Shown here: piece after piece, positions 1-15,418 of the stretch
Layout of the letters: each line of letters begins with the position of its first letter
How positions within the stretch are numbered: the first letter of the stretch is position 1
Assembly: GCF_009914755.1 (NCBI RefSeq)
Contig: NC_060946.1
DNA: 64,000 nt
Source of the DNA: the human T2T-CHM13v2.0 reference genome, Homo sapiens
Direction: 5' to 3' (one strand)
Program-made: the position numbers and the translations under genes
The notes under the pieces: generated by a model
Told to the model about the DNA's origin: nothing
Seen by the model: the letters and a program-made list of their open reading frames with translations, nothing else
Database searches by the model: none

Positions 1-132
1 TAGTTTTTAAATTAGATTTTTAAACTCAGTATTTCTTTTTGTGGGCCCTGGATTTTGAGCTTTGTTAAAAACTGTATGTAGAAATAAGGGATATTTAGCT
101 GAAAGGTTCTACTAGAAGTTTTGAGAGTTTTT

Positions 133-459
<327 letters not shown>

Positions 460-1199
460 CTAAGTCAACTAACAGCTAAGAAATTCTAAATATCTTTTAA
501 AGTTTATTAACAGATTTCAACTTAAAATGTCTTTTGGGGTGATATTAAAATTCAGAGCTTGAATACCATTAGGCATTGGCAAAGATAATGAATTGATGGT
601 TGTCACCAGTAGGATGCTTTAATTGAGTTCTGAGTTTAAACAAATAATTGCCTAGAAAATTTGGTCACCATCTTGCTGTGTGCAGAGTAAGGATGGAAAG
701 AAACCTCGTGGTGACACAGACTTCCTGCAGAGATAAGCCCTACCCATGGCCTTTCCTTCCTGGCTCTCCAAACCAGCTGCAAAAGGAAGCATGTGAAGGG
801 GCAGGCCCTGTCAGGCGGAGTTTCTGCAGCCGAGTGTAGCCAGGCCTAGGTGGAGACTGGGGTCCAGTGTGAGTCAGAGTCCACATTATTAAAACGGAGG
901 AGGCCCCTAAATCTCGAGTTTCGGTTTCTATGCTTTTTATTTTCCTATGCCTCCGTATAATACTTTTTGAAACTTCAAATTGATTAAAAGCTGCCTGGTT
1001 AAAGAAGCCAAAATAAATTTAGAAGAAATGATCTCATTAAAAACATGTTTTTCCCACCAAATATGGTAAATTCCACCAAAATATATGGTGAGCCAGACTC
1101 ATTTAACAGATTAAGTTCCTTGGGGTTGTGAACTCTGCCTAATTCATACTCATGTGACACCCCTGCCACCCTGGGCACCTAGCTCAGTGGCTCAGTGGG

Positions 1200-1960
1200 T
1201 ATTCATCATTCAGCAGATGCTTACTCCGCAGCATTGTGCTGGCTGCTGTGTGGAATTCTAACGTTAGCAAGTTAGGGTCTCTGCCTAAAAGACGCTAACA
1301 TGGGGAAGGAAAGTTGTGAACATGGTGCCACAGCACTGAGCAAAATGGCTCTAGACAGGGAAAGATTATTTTCAGGTGATGAGCTTGAAAACAGCTTCGC
1401 AGATGAAATGACACTTGAATTGGGCCCAGAAGGATGAGTAAATTTCACTGTGTGAATTCAGCAGGAAAACACAGTAGGTGCCAACGTGAAATGGTGCCAG
1501 AGTGAGAAGGCACAAGTTGTGGAATGTCAAGTAGTATCGAATATTGACATCTACATAGGAGGTAGTAGAAGATAAGACTAGAAAAGTTGGTTGGTCCCAG
1601 GTCATGGAACATCTTGATGACATTCGAGGCCAAGGAGTTCAGCTTTATTCTTGTGCACTAAGGAACTGTTGAAGGTTCTCCATACAGCAGTGATATAATC
1701 AAAAGTGTGCTTTAGAAAGATTGCTCCAGCCAGGGGTGTTTAGAGTAGGTTGAAGATACAGAGCAAGTTTAGAGTGCCATTGCTATTGCCTTGTCCCAAG
1801 ATACAAGAAGGCCCTTCTCTGTCAATAGGAATGGCAAAGGACGTAGCTTTGAGAGAGATGAAGTTAGACTTAACCGGTGTAACACAAGGCAAATGAAAAA
1901 AAAGAGATGACTAAGACAGTTGTGATACAAGCAACTGGGTTGAGAGAAACTGGCATGTGA
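1200..1960 (-). mobile_element. L2 LINE 3' fragment
   Basis: Diverged purine-rich sequence resembling the antisense L2 3' end. Confidence 0.55.
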
Positions 1961-2062
1961 TCAGCTCTCCTAAGGGCAGAGCTCAAAGGAGAGCCCCTTT
2001 GAGGGATTAATGGGTAATGAATGCATTTGAAGCTGTGATTAATAAGATGATCTGTTCCCCAG

Positions 2063-4411
2063 ACTCAACCCTTGGAGGTGCTGCTGCTTCAAATTATGCA
2101 AATTCCACTTGGGGCTCGGGAGCCTCCTCCAACAACGGCACCTCCCCCAACCCAATTCACATCTGGGACAAGGTGATTGTAGACGGGTCTGACATGGAAG
2201 AGTGGCCTTGTATTGCCAGCAAAGACACTGAATCTTCTTCCGAAAACACCACCGATAACAACAGTGCCTCGAACCCTGGCTCTGAGAAGAGCACTCTGCC
2301 AGGAAGCACCACTAGTAACAAAGGAAAAGGGAGCCAGTGCCAGTCTGCAAGTTCTGGGAACGAATGTAATCTTGGGGTCTGGAAATCTGACCCTAAGGCT
2401 AAATCTGTTCAATCTTCCAACTCTACTACAGAGAACAACAATGGACTAGGAAATTGGAGGAATGTGAGTGGTCAGGATAGAATTGGACCTGGCTCTGGCT
2501 TCAGCAACTTTAACCCAAATAGCAACCCATCTGCCTGGCCAGCACTGGTCCAAGAAGGAACTTCTAGGAAAGGGGCATTGGAAACAGATAATAGTAATTC
2601 CAGTGCACAGGTTAGCACAGTAGGTCAGACATCCAGGGAACAGCAGTCAAAGATGGAAAATGCGGGTGTTAATTTTGTTGTCTCTGGCAGAGAACAGGCT
2701 CAAATTCATAACACTGATGGACCAAAAAATGGAAACACTAACTCCTTGAACTTAAGTTCACCAAACCCCATGGAGAATAAGGGAATGCCCTTTGGAATGG
2801 GCTTGGGGAACACCTCCAGGAGCACTGATGCCCCTTCACAAAGCACTGGAGATCGAAAGACTGGGAGTGTTGGATCTTGGGGTGCAGCTAGGGGGCCTTC
2901 TGGAACTGACACAGTCTCTGGACAAAGCAATTCTGGAAACAATGGGAACAATGGAAAAGAGAGAGAGGACTCCTGGAAAGGAGCTTCTGTTCAGAAATCA
3001 ACTGGGTCAAAAAATGACTCTTGGGACAACAATAACAGGTCTACGGGTGGGTCCTGGAACTTTGGCCCCCAGGACTCTAATGACAACAAATGGGGTGAAG
3101 GGAACAAAATGACATCTGGGGTCTCTCAGGGAGAATGGAAACAGCCGACTGGGTCTGATGAGTTGAAAATTGGAGAATGGAGTGGTCCAAACCAACCAAA
3201 TTCTAGCACTGGAGCATGGGACAATCAAAAGGGCCACCCCCTCCCTGAAAACCAAGGCAATGCCCAGGCTCCCTGTTGGGGAAGATCTTCCAGCTCCACA
3301 GGAAGTGAAGTTGGAGGTCAAAGCACTGGAAGCAACCACAAAGCAGGAAGTAGTGACAGTCATAACTCTGGCCGTCGGTCGTACAGGCCCACACATCCTG
3401 ATTGTCAGGCTGTCTTGCAGACTCTTTTGAGCCGAACTGATTTGGACCCCAGGGTGCTCTCAAACACTGGCTGGGGCCAAACTCAAATTAAGCAGGACAC
3501 AGTGTGGGACATTGAAGAGGTGCCAAGGCCTGAGGGGAAATCTGACAAAGGAACTGAGGGGTGGGAGAGCGCTGCCACACAGACCAAGAACTCAGGGGGC
3601 TGGGGAGATGCACCCAGCCAAAGCAATCAAATGAAGTCTGGATGGGGGGAGCTCTCAGCCTCTACAGAGTGGAAAGACCCCAAGAACACAGGAGGCTGGA
3701 ATGACTACAAGAACAACAACTCTTCCAACTGGGGAGGAGGACGACCTGATGAAAAGACACCTTCCTCTTGGAATGAGAATCCCAGCAAGGATCAGGGGTG
3801 GGGAGGTGGACGCCAGCCCAATCAAGGATGGTCTTCTGGAAAGAATGGTTGGGGGGAGGAAGTCGATCAGACAAAAAACAGCAATTGGGAAAGTTCTGCA
3901 AGTAAACCTGTGTCTGGGTGGGGTGAAGGAGGGCAGAATGAAATCGGGACTTGGGGTAATGGTGGCAATGCAAGCCTAGCTTCAAAAGGTGGGTGGGAGG
4001 ATTGCAAAAGATCCCCAGCATGGAATGAGACGGGCCGACAGCCCAATTCCTGGAATAAACAACACCAACAGCAGCAGCCCCCACAGCAGCCGCCGCCACC
4101 ACAACCAGAGGCTTCTGGTTCGTGGGGAGGCCCACCCCCACCACCTCCAGGCAACGTTCGACCTTCCAATTCCAGCTGGAGCAGCGGGCCACAGCCTGCA
4201 ACACCTAAGGATGAGGAACCCAGTGGTTGGGAAGAGCCATCCCCACAGTCAATTAGTCGGAAAATGGACATTGATGATGGCACTTCAGCATGGGGAGACC
4301 CTAACAGTTATAACTACAAGAATGTGAATCTGTGGGATAAGAATTCCCAAGGGGGCCCAGCACCTCGAGAACCAAACCTGCCCACCCCAATGACCAGTAA
4401 ATCGGCATCAG
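2063..4411 (+). CDS. TNRC6B: TNRC6B giant coding exon (probable exon 5), GW/WG-rich Argonaute-binding domain; 2349 nt, phase 1-1
   Basis: Acceptor ttccccag|AC, donor TCAG|gtaagc. 783 open codons with many GW/WG/SW dipeptides, the [23 protein letters not shown] Ago-binding motif and [30 protein letters not shown]. Confidence 0.98.
3400..3654 (+). other. TNRC6B: Segment encoding the T6B Ago-binding peptide (about aa 599-683)
   Basis: If the exon starts in codon 153, TGG at 3472 is W623 and the next Trp is W634, matching the recalled Ago-contacting tryptophans. Confidence 0.8.
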
Positions 4412-4727
4412 GTAAGCAGTGGCTTTCTCTTGCAGCTTTTGATGAAGAAAAGGAATCCTAGACCAAGGCATTTTTATTAGGTGAATTTATTCAACTTAGT
4501 TTTGTTCTGAGATGCTTTCCTACAGTTTCTACTCTGTTGCTAACAGAACCTCTTTTTATGAAATGCTAGTGATGGCAGATGCTGGTAGTACATTTTAATG
4601 TTCTTTCTTGGCAAAAGGAAAAGATGACAACCCTGTGTTAGTCCCCAAAATTATTTTTCTGTAATTGTATTGGTCTGCAGAATCCAAAAGACATATCTTG
4701 CCAAACAAACTATGTTCTAGATTTTAA

Positions 4728-4741
4728 AATAAAGAATTAAA
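4728..4741 (+). terminator. Candidate intronic poly(A) signals AATAAA and ATTAAA
   Basis: AATAAA 4728-4733 and ATTAAA 4736-4741, with TGTA at 4660 and 4666 upstream and T/GT-rich sequence downstream. Confidence 0.35.
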
Positions 4742-4957
4742 GTAGTAGCAGAAATAGACCTGATTTCCATTCTGGTTCTACCCATGGACATGTCTCTGCT
4801 TCTGTTTCCCCAGCAAAGGGAAATAATTCTGTGTTTTTCCAAAGGCCATGATGATGCTGAAGCAAAGCTGGATCTGGAAGGTTTCAGTCTCTTTCTGGAT
4901 GATTTTTAATGATTACCTCTGGAATGGGAGTACTTTGTATAAGAGATTGTTATCTCA

Positions 4958-5257
4958 GTCCTAGTGAGATGGCTCACACCTGTAATCCCAGCACTATGGG
5001 AGACTAGGGCAGGAGGATCCCTTGAGCCCAGGAGTTTGAGACCAGCCTGGGCAACCTAGAGAGACTTCAGTCTCTACAAAAATATTTTTTAAAAATCAGA
5101 CGGGTGTGGTGCATGTGCATATAGTCCCACCTACTCTAGAGGCTGAGGTAAGAGGATCGCCTAAGCCCTGGAGATGGGAGGCTGTAGGGAGCTATGATCT
5201 CACCACTGCACTCCAGTTTGGGAGACAGAGCGAGACCCTGTTGCCAAAAAAAAAAAG
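4958..5257 (+). mobile_element. Old Alu (J-like)
   Basis: Diverged two-arm Alu with A tail. Confidence 0.9.
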
Positions 5258-5470
5258 AGCGATTGTTAGGATAGTCAGTTGCCCAGAATTAAACTTTCTT
5301 CCGTCACTATTTGAATAGGAAACATCATACCTGGTAAAAGTAGCAATGGTAATGCCATTCTTAGTTTGTCATTGTCAACTTGAATGTCCCTATAGAGCAT
5401 ATAGTTCAACAAATTAAGGGGGATGCACCTTTCAGTCTTTTTTTAGTTAAAATTAATATTAAGAACCAGT

Positions 5471-5789
<319 letters not shown>

Positions 5790-6005
5790 TAGTGTTCAGC
5801 TAATCCATTTGTGGCCTCTTAGAAAAATGATTACTTTTAACTCATTCTTTTTTCAAGTATTGAAAAGAATGAGGAAGGAAATGAAGATTTCTCACTGGCT
5901 CCCCATGCAGAATAAAACCTGCTAAAATTTTAAAAAGCTACATCCACATAGCAAAAACCTTCAAACTGTGTGGAAAAGCAAAAGATAGTCAATAAAATAA
6001 TCTTT

Positions 6006-6320
6006 GGCCAGGCGCGGTGGCTCACGCCTGTAATCCCAGCACTTTGGGAGGCCGAGGCGGACAGATCATGAGGTCAGGAGATCGAGACCATCTTGGCTAA
6101 CACGGTGAAACCCCGCCTCTACTAAAAAATCGAAAAAATTAGCCAGGCGTGGTGGCGGGCACCTGTAGTCCCAGCTACTCGGGAGGCTGAGGCAGGAGAA
6201 TGGGGTGAACCCAGGAGATGGAGCTTGCAAGTGAGCTGAGATCACGCCACTGCACTCCAGCCTGGGCGACAGAGCAAGACTCCGTCTCAAAAAATAATAA
6301 TAATAATAATAATAATAATA
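6006..6320 (+). mobile_element. Alu (Y-like) with (AAT)n tail
   Basis: Full Alu ending in (AAT)n. Confidence 0.95.
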
Positions 6321-6502
6321 ATCTTAACCCCTAGGGTCTCTTCCCAAAGGTAATCTCTTAGAAGTTTGTGTCCCATTCAAAAATTTTACAGAGAAGGGAT
6401 TGTACTTCGTATACTGTTCTTCACCTTGCTTTTCTCATTATACTTATAGCTTCCAATTTTAGCACATAGTCTGCTGCTTAATTGCTTCATATACAGTATT
6501 TC

Positions 6503-6806
<304 letters not shown>

Positions 6807-6974
6807 TTTACACAGTACTTCTTTTATGGGTGACCCACAATTGGTCTAACCAGTCCCCTTGTGGTGGATATTTAGGTTGTTTCCAAATTTTTTCTATCAG
6901 TGATGCGGTGAGTATTGTTATACATGTAATTTCACCTATTTTTACAAGTATATTTATGGTATAATTTTCTGGCA

Positions 6975-7299
<325 letters not shown>

Positions 7300-7496
7300 T
7301 TACTGGGTGAAAAGTTTAATGTGCATCGGATTTTTTAAAAAGTAGCATTGCCAAATACCCCTCACATGAAAGTTGAATCTATTTACATTTCTACCAACAG
7401 AATATAGGCATGCCTGTTCCTTCCACCTTCACCCCACTGGATATTATGGCATTTCATTTAACAAATGATTCTTAGAGACATTTCCTTTCTTTATAG

Positions 7497-7655
7497 TCTG
7501 GAGCAAAAGCACACCACCTGCTCCAGATAATGGTACTTCCGCTTGGGGTGAGCCAAATGAAAGCAGTCCTGGGTGGGGCGAGATGGATGATACAGGAGCA
7601 TCGACCACAGGCTGGGGGAACACGCCCGCCAACGCTCCCAATGCCATGAAGCCTA
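7497..7655 (+). CDS. TNRC6B: TNRC6B coding exon (probable exon 6), 159 nt, symmetric phase 1-1 cassette
   Basis: ttctttatag|TCTGG...AAGCCTA|gtaagt; encodes [30 protein letters not shown]...NAMKP. Confidence 0.95.
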
Positions 7656-7665
7656 GTAAGTGTGA

Positions 7666-7992
<327 letters not shown>

Positions 7993-10798
7993 GGGATTCT
8001 TTGTTAAATGTTTGTCAAATGTCAGATTTGAGAATCTGACATTTTGGTGAGGGCTGTTTAGTTTTAAGCTGTTGATTCAATGAGATTCAGGACCTTGAGT
8101 GTTAAATAATTAGTTAATAGCAAACGGTTGTGGCTTGGCTTGGCGTTTCTTAAAATGTTTAAGGTGAATTAAAAATCATAAGTTAATTTTGTTTTAAATT
8201 TAGTATCTGGACAGAATTATAATTTTGATGTGATGCTCTTTTAGCCCAGTGACTATGTGCTCACCATATCTAGCTTGCATTTCTACTTGTTAGTATAATT
8301 TAAAACAAGAGTTCCTGGCTTTTAATGTGGAACACGATCTGTGCTGCCCAGTGACTTCATCCTTCTGCACCTTCCTTTGCCGTTGTCTCTCTTCCACATA
8401 AGAGCATTTCAGATTTTTTAAACCTGGCATAAATTTCACTTCAATTTTTTAAATGAAGAACGTCACACTTATTCAGAATCATTGAAAATCTAAAATCTAA
8501 GCTGTACTTGATCCAGCTGGTGATGTGTGGTCACAGTAATGAGCAGAACTCTGTGGACTGAGGCTATGGAATGTCTCATTGACTGTTGCTAAATTCAGGT
8601 GCCTGTTTACACTTACTTTTGTAACTTTCTTTAAAATGTTCCAACATCTCTTTTCTACCATATAGAAGCAGATTTAAGGGATTATCTTTTGATTAAATAA
8701 TGAACATTTCTGGAATGACCAAAATTCAAACAAGAAGATAAATTCTGTTAAGTTTATCACATTATATTCAGTACTCTTACAGTGCCACATAAGGGAATGT
8801 GATATTAGCTCTATTCTGGAAATTCACATGTGTGTATATGTAGTAATTTGACTACATTTTAAAAATCATGAATCTCCTCGACCTCATTAAAATAGTTAGC
8901 TTTATGAAAATTTTGTTTTTATCATTATTTCTATTGTGAAATCAGTCGTATCATCATGGGAAATGTAATCTAGTAGACTTGAAATAGACCCAAAATGCTG
9001 CAAGAAGATGTTAATCAGACCCTGGGCACAAAGAGATCCTTTAGCAGTATATTCAGGATTTTCATGTGTCTTTCCCAACCTCAGGATCACCTCTCTTCTA
9101 TCACAAAACCACTTTTCCTCAGATTCTAAAAATGTCTTCTACTCTTCAGGATCATCTGTAGTTATAGCACACATCCTTTCTGTGGGTAAGTTAAATGTGT
9201 AATGTGCGGAAGAAAGGGCTAAACCATCATAGTCTACCAGTTGATGGAGACAGTTACCCTGTGATCTTCTGTAGCCTGTCTTAAATTTGATGTTATGAAT
9301 CCTATGATTAAAAATTAGACCTCTCTTATCTTTTCTGTAAGAAACATTTGTTAGAAGTTTAGCTTGTCTCTCTAAAAGAAAGGTTCACTTGCATGTCTTC
9401 ATTTTTCTAAAGGGGTCAGTGTGTTATTTATATTGGGTTTTTAACTCGTGTTGCTTGTCAGTGGATGCTATAAAGCCTATGCTTGTATAATATAAATCAT
9501 AAATATGGTATTATATAAATATATAATCCTATATACAGAGGCAGCAGTCCTGGTTATCAGCAGCACTTCCAGCAGCAGGAAGAGGAGCATCCCAACCCTC
9601 CCCCTTGTGCACAGACAGCCCCTTCCTGTGGCTACAATGAACCCCACTGGGAGACTGTCAGATTCACCTGGGCCTTGCTAGGGGATGAGATGCTACAGTT
9701 AGAAGAAATTAATTGCCCTGTGCCTTATGTACTTGGCCCAAACCTACTTGTCTATCATAGGCCTGATCCTACAGGGTGACAGCTGTCCTTCAAGGAAAGG
9801 CCTGGAAGAGCCAATTTTCTGCCCTTAAACTCTTCATATAAAGCTATGTACAAATCAGAAGACTTTCATAAATGTCCTGTCATGTGGGAGAGTAGAGGTG
9901 CAGATGGAAGTTTCCAGGCAAGAGAATGTGTTTCCTTTTCTTTCATCATTTTATACAGTATTTTTACTGCAAAGTATGTTTTGATTCTGTACAGTATTTT
10001 CGGAGGGAATTAAGGACTTATTCCAGTCTTCAAATTAAAGATCTTTGTTTAGAATGGGATACTGATGTCCCACTTCCTCAAACATTAAAGCCTCTTGGAT
10101 TTCTCTCTGCTTTCCTTTCTCCTTTCCTCACATTTTTTCCTTCTGTCTTTTCAAAACCACTACGTATAAATTCTTTGCCTCTTTAGTATCTAATACATTT
10201 CAAGTGTGTAGTTCTAATACATTTTAGATTTCCATGGCTATATGTGAATTTTTCTTCTTTCACCATAATTCTAATATTCAAAAATGTTATAAAAAATTTT
10301 CCCCCTTTTCATGTTCTGTTCGTCTCTGCTTCACCCCAAGCAAGCTAGACAGTTGTCGTTTATCATACCTCGTATTTATAGTGTCCATTGTATATAAAGT
10401 ACATACTGAATGGAGGATAAAACCAGGGCTACAGTAAACCATGTTCATTAAGAGGAACAGATTTATCTTAATTGAGATGTGAAATTTCTTGCCAGGAATG
10501 TTGTGATAAGTTCTTTTCAGTTTTGAAATTCCTGTCCAACTTTGTGCAAGGGAAAAAGCATTGATCCATAAATCAGGAGGCCTTGATTCTATGGTTTGTT
10601 AACTTTCTGTGTATCATTGAAGCTTTATGGATTTTAGTTTCCTGCTCTCTAAAAAATGAGTAATAATATTTGTCTTGCCATGGAGATGGAGTAGATAAAA
10701 TTACAAAGACACGTAAATGCTGCATCTGCAAGGAATTATTATTCTGATGATTGTTTTATATAGCTGTTGCAAAGAGTTAATTCATTCTTTCCTTAAAG

Positions 10799-10974
10799 AT
10801 TCCAAATCTATGCAAGACGGCTGGGGGGAGAGTGACGGGCCAGTCACAGGAGCTCGCCATCCCAGCTGGGAAGAGGAGGAGGATGGAGGAGTCTGGAACA
10901 CCACTGGCTCTCAGGGCAGTGCTTCCTCCCACAACTCAGCAAGCTGGGGACAAGGAGGAAAGAAACAAATGAAG
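10799..10974 (+). CDS. TNRC6B: TNRC6B coding exon (probable exon 7), 176 nt
   Basis: ccttaaag|AT...ATGAAG|gtagcc; encodes [13 protein letters not shown]...[11 protein letters not shown]; phase 1 to 0. Confidence 0.95.
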
Positions 10975-11032
10975 GTAGCCTGCTTAGAAATGTTCGCACT
11001 TGCTCATTCGCTCTGAGGAGGCAGAACTGAGG

Positions 11033-11320
11033 TTTTGTTTTGTTTGTTTTTGTTTTGAGACAAGTTCTCCCTCTGTCACCCAGACTGGAGTGCAGTGGGA
11101 CAGTCACGACTCGCTGAGCAACCTCCTGGGCTCAAGCAGTCCTCCCACCTCAGCCTTCTTAGTAGCCGGAACTATCACCATGCCTGGCTAAATTTTGTAT
11201 TTTTTAATAGAGACAGGGTTTCGCCCTGTTGCCAGGATGGTCTCAAACTCCTGGGCTCAATCCTCCTGCCTTGTCCTTCCAAAGTGCTGGGATTACAGGT
11301 GGGAGCTACCATGCCTAGCC
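11033..11320 (-). mobile_element. Alu (J-like)
   Basis: (TTTG)n tail plus antisense Alu; TSD cagaactgagg. Confidence 0.9.
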
Positions 11321-11783
11321 AGAACTGAGGATTTTTAAATGAAAGGTGTGAGGCAACTGGGGTCCTCAAGGTCCTAAGTAAGGGGAAAAATATTTTCTTG
11401 GAAACAAATAACTACTTCCCTTTTACCCTTCGTCTTGCTTTCCCATGACCTTGAAACCTTGAACTATAAAACTGTTGCTGTGGGTAAAATGAAGTTTTCA
11501 AAGATACGAGATATTTTTCATTTTTAGTTTCCACATTATAATAATCTTTTGGAGGCTCTCAAGGCATACTTTATAAATGCTTTTGCATTCTAAAGCCAGA
11601 GAAGTCCTTCCAGTAAATCCCCATAGATATGTAGGAGGGAATCCAGAGGAAGATAATGCTGGCTTCTCCCGCGGCAATCAGCACGTCTTGATTTTATCTG
11701 ATTTGGGAAATTCCAAGACCCAGAACCCTTCTCCCGACAAATGAAATACCAGTGAGTACTTGTGTGCTATAGCAGCTAAATGA

Positions 11784-12094
<311 letters not shown>

Positions 12095-12819
12095 TAGCAG
12101 CTAGATGATTTCTCTACATCATGTACCAGGTTGTGTACTAAACTTTTCACCTTCTGTGTGAAAGTCCTCATCACAGTTTGATGAGGACTTTGGTTTTCAA
12201 TCTAGAACAGTAGTCTTTGAGCCTGAACCAGTGTCTTCGCAGACCCTCTCTTTTTTCAATTCCAGATTTTCGTTTGACAAATAAAATAGTGGAAATACGA
12301 AATGGGCATCCAATACTTAACTTCAACATGAGAGTCTTGGCACCCTATGAAACGGTTCACAGCTAATATTCTCCCACGTTTCAAATACCAGATGCCATCT
12401 TAGAGGCCTTCCCATGTCTGAGGATTGGGCCTTCATCCCCTTTGCCCTTTGCCTATAGGACACTAATTTTGTAGATGACTCTTTCTTTTATAGCATAAGA
12501 ATACAGTCTGTTTCTGTTTAGAGATGTTTTGCTTAAGCAGTCACTTACGGGTTTTCTTCTATTAAGAGCTTTTATTTCTTCAGTCACAGAAGGAATTATT
12601 CAGCAAACTTTTCAGCATTCCTTGCACTCTTAGGTTGTCTAGTGTGATTTTGGCTTTCTTTTGGTTATTTACAAATTAACAATGAGACTAAATTAACTGA
12701 TTGAAAGGGACTAATAAATACCTCTCTAGGTTGACAACCAAGATTTAATTAAGTTAATTGGGAATTGACTCTTTCAGCCCCAGTACCAGTGATTCTGACT
12801 TTATATACCGAGGGCGTTT

Positions 12820-13800
<981 letters not shown>

Positions 13801-14450
13801 TCATAGTTCCCCCTGCTTCCCTCACAGAAGTGAAAGTGGAGCTCATGGTCAGTGCCTTGTTCAGGGGAGAAACTAGTTTGTCCCATTAAAAAATTAAAAC
13901 CTACCTCTGCCCTACTTTGCCCAGGAGATCAGCAATGGTGTCTTCCACTAGGTCTCTTTACCACCAGGACCAATGTCTTTTATGCTGTGAAACAAACAGA
14001 GGAAGCACTATGAGTTCCTTATAATGCCCAGTTTAAATAGGCTCCTTTCCAAATGACACGCACTGACATCAAACTGTTTTCTCCTAACATAAACCAGTTT
14101 GGGTTACGAGGAGAGCAGCCTAATGAAAGTGAAAGTAGTCGTGTGCAAAACTTCTATTTTAGAAAATCATATCAGACTTCTTTCTATTTGAAAAGCAAAA
14201 GTACCAGCTGAGCATGTATTTTTCCAGTTACTTCTGGTTCAGTGTGGTGAATTTTATAAAAATGAAAACATAGATATAACTAGGGCTTATTAATCATTTA
14301 AACTAACATAAAATATCAACATAATTTTAGTTAAAGAGAAATAGGACTTAAAAAGGTAAACTCAAGTCTACATTTTCAGTCTGTATTAATAAAACTCAGG
14401 AGGCTGAAATAAATTATTTGGTTCTGAGGTTCCGTGTTTCATTTCTGTAG

Positions 14451-14525
14451 TGCTCACTCAAAGGAGGAAACAATGATTCATGGATGAATCCTCTTGCCAA
14501 ACAGTTTTCAAATATGGGATTGCTG
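14451..14525 (+). CDS. TNRC6B: TNRC6B coding exon (probable exon 8), 75 nt
   Basis: tttctgtag|TGC...CTG|gtaagt; encodes [25 protein letters not shown]. Confidence 0.93.
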
Positions 14526-15372
14526 GTAAGTTTTATTTTTTTCAAATGTATAACGTATCCCAACTTTTAGGTTTAATATTAATACCAATTTTAAGACAAC
14601 TGCCACATATAGTACAAAATTAAAGATTTAAAAACTAGTTAAGCAATGTTCTTGACCTTTTGAGTTAAGTAATATTTCTCTTCTATTCTTATTAATGACA
14701 TACTCCAACATTTAAAGGTTATGGCTTTTAAATGTGTAGTCATTTTGTCCTTTTCCTTAGGAGGATAGAGAAGAAAGAGGCATTAAAAATTTATACAATT
14801 GTTTCCAACCGCATTACTGTACTAGTTTTCATATTATGATTTTTTAAAAAGGCAACGATAACGAAACTAGAAAAACTATACTGGGACTAATTACATAGGG
14901 AATTCTTGTAGAATTTCTGATTTCTTTATCTCTCGGCAACGTTGTGGGGACACCCTGTCCCTGGTTGCCAAAAGACAAATGACTTGACTTGGCTGCACAG
15001 TTGAAGGTTTGATGACTTGACAAGTCACGAGAAGAAGTTGTCATTATTTGGCGGCCACTCATGGAATTTGATCCTGGGCTGACTAGAACTTAAGGACGGG
15101 GGTTTATTTCTTCAGGCAGCTGTTTATCTATTGCTCTCTTTGTAGACTTATTGAGACTAATTGTATGTGAAAACTGAATTGTAGGAATATAGGCCCAAAC
15201 AGCAATCAAGCTAGCATATTAAAAATGTTAATGTCTTCAGTACCATCAAGTTCATTTCAGAGAACCTTCTATGGTGCCAGTAGTAAGACGTGGCTCTCAG
15301 GTGAATAATGCCACTTCTTTGATTCAAAGATGTGCATCCTTAATTCTCTCTCATCTGTTCTTTATTTTTCAG

Positions 15373-15418
15373 AGTCAGACTGAAGATAATCCAAGCAGCA
15401 AAATGGATTTGTCTGTAG
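15373..15418 (+). CDS. TNRC6B: TNRC6B coding exon (probable exon 9), 46 nt
   Basis: tttttcag|AGTCAG...GTAG|gtgtgt; encodes SQTEDNPSSKMDLSV; its phase 0 to 1 change links the neighbouring exons in frame. Confidence 0.9.

Noticed and set aside
2089-4327. Overlapping antisense and alternate-frame ORFs within the giant exon
   Set aside because: Expected from the biased codon composition; no recognisable protein similarity.
2017-4461. 814-aa ORF as a standalone single-exon gene
   Set aside because: Its ends are intronic read-through; canonical splice sites at 2063 and 4411 and frame continuity show it is an internal TNRC6B exon.
9481-9536. AT-rich TATA-like stretch
   Set aside because: Low-complexity sequence without promoter context.
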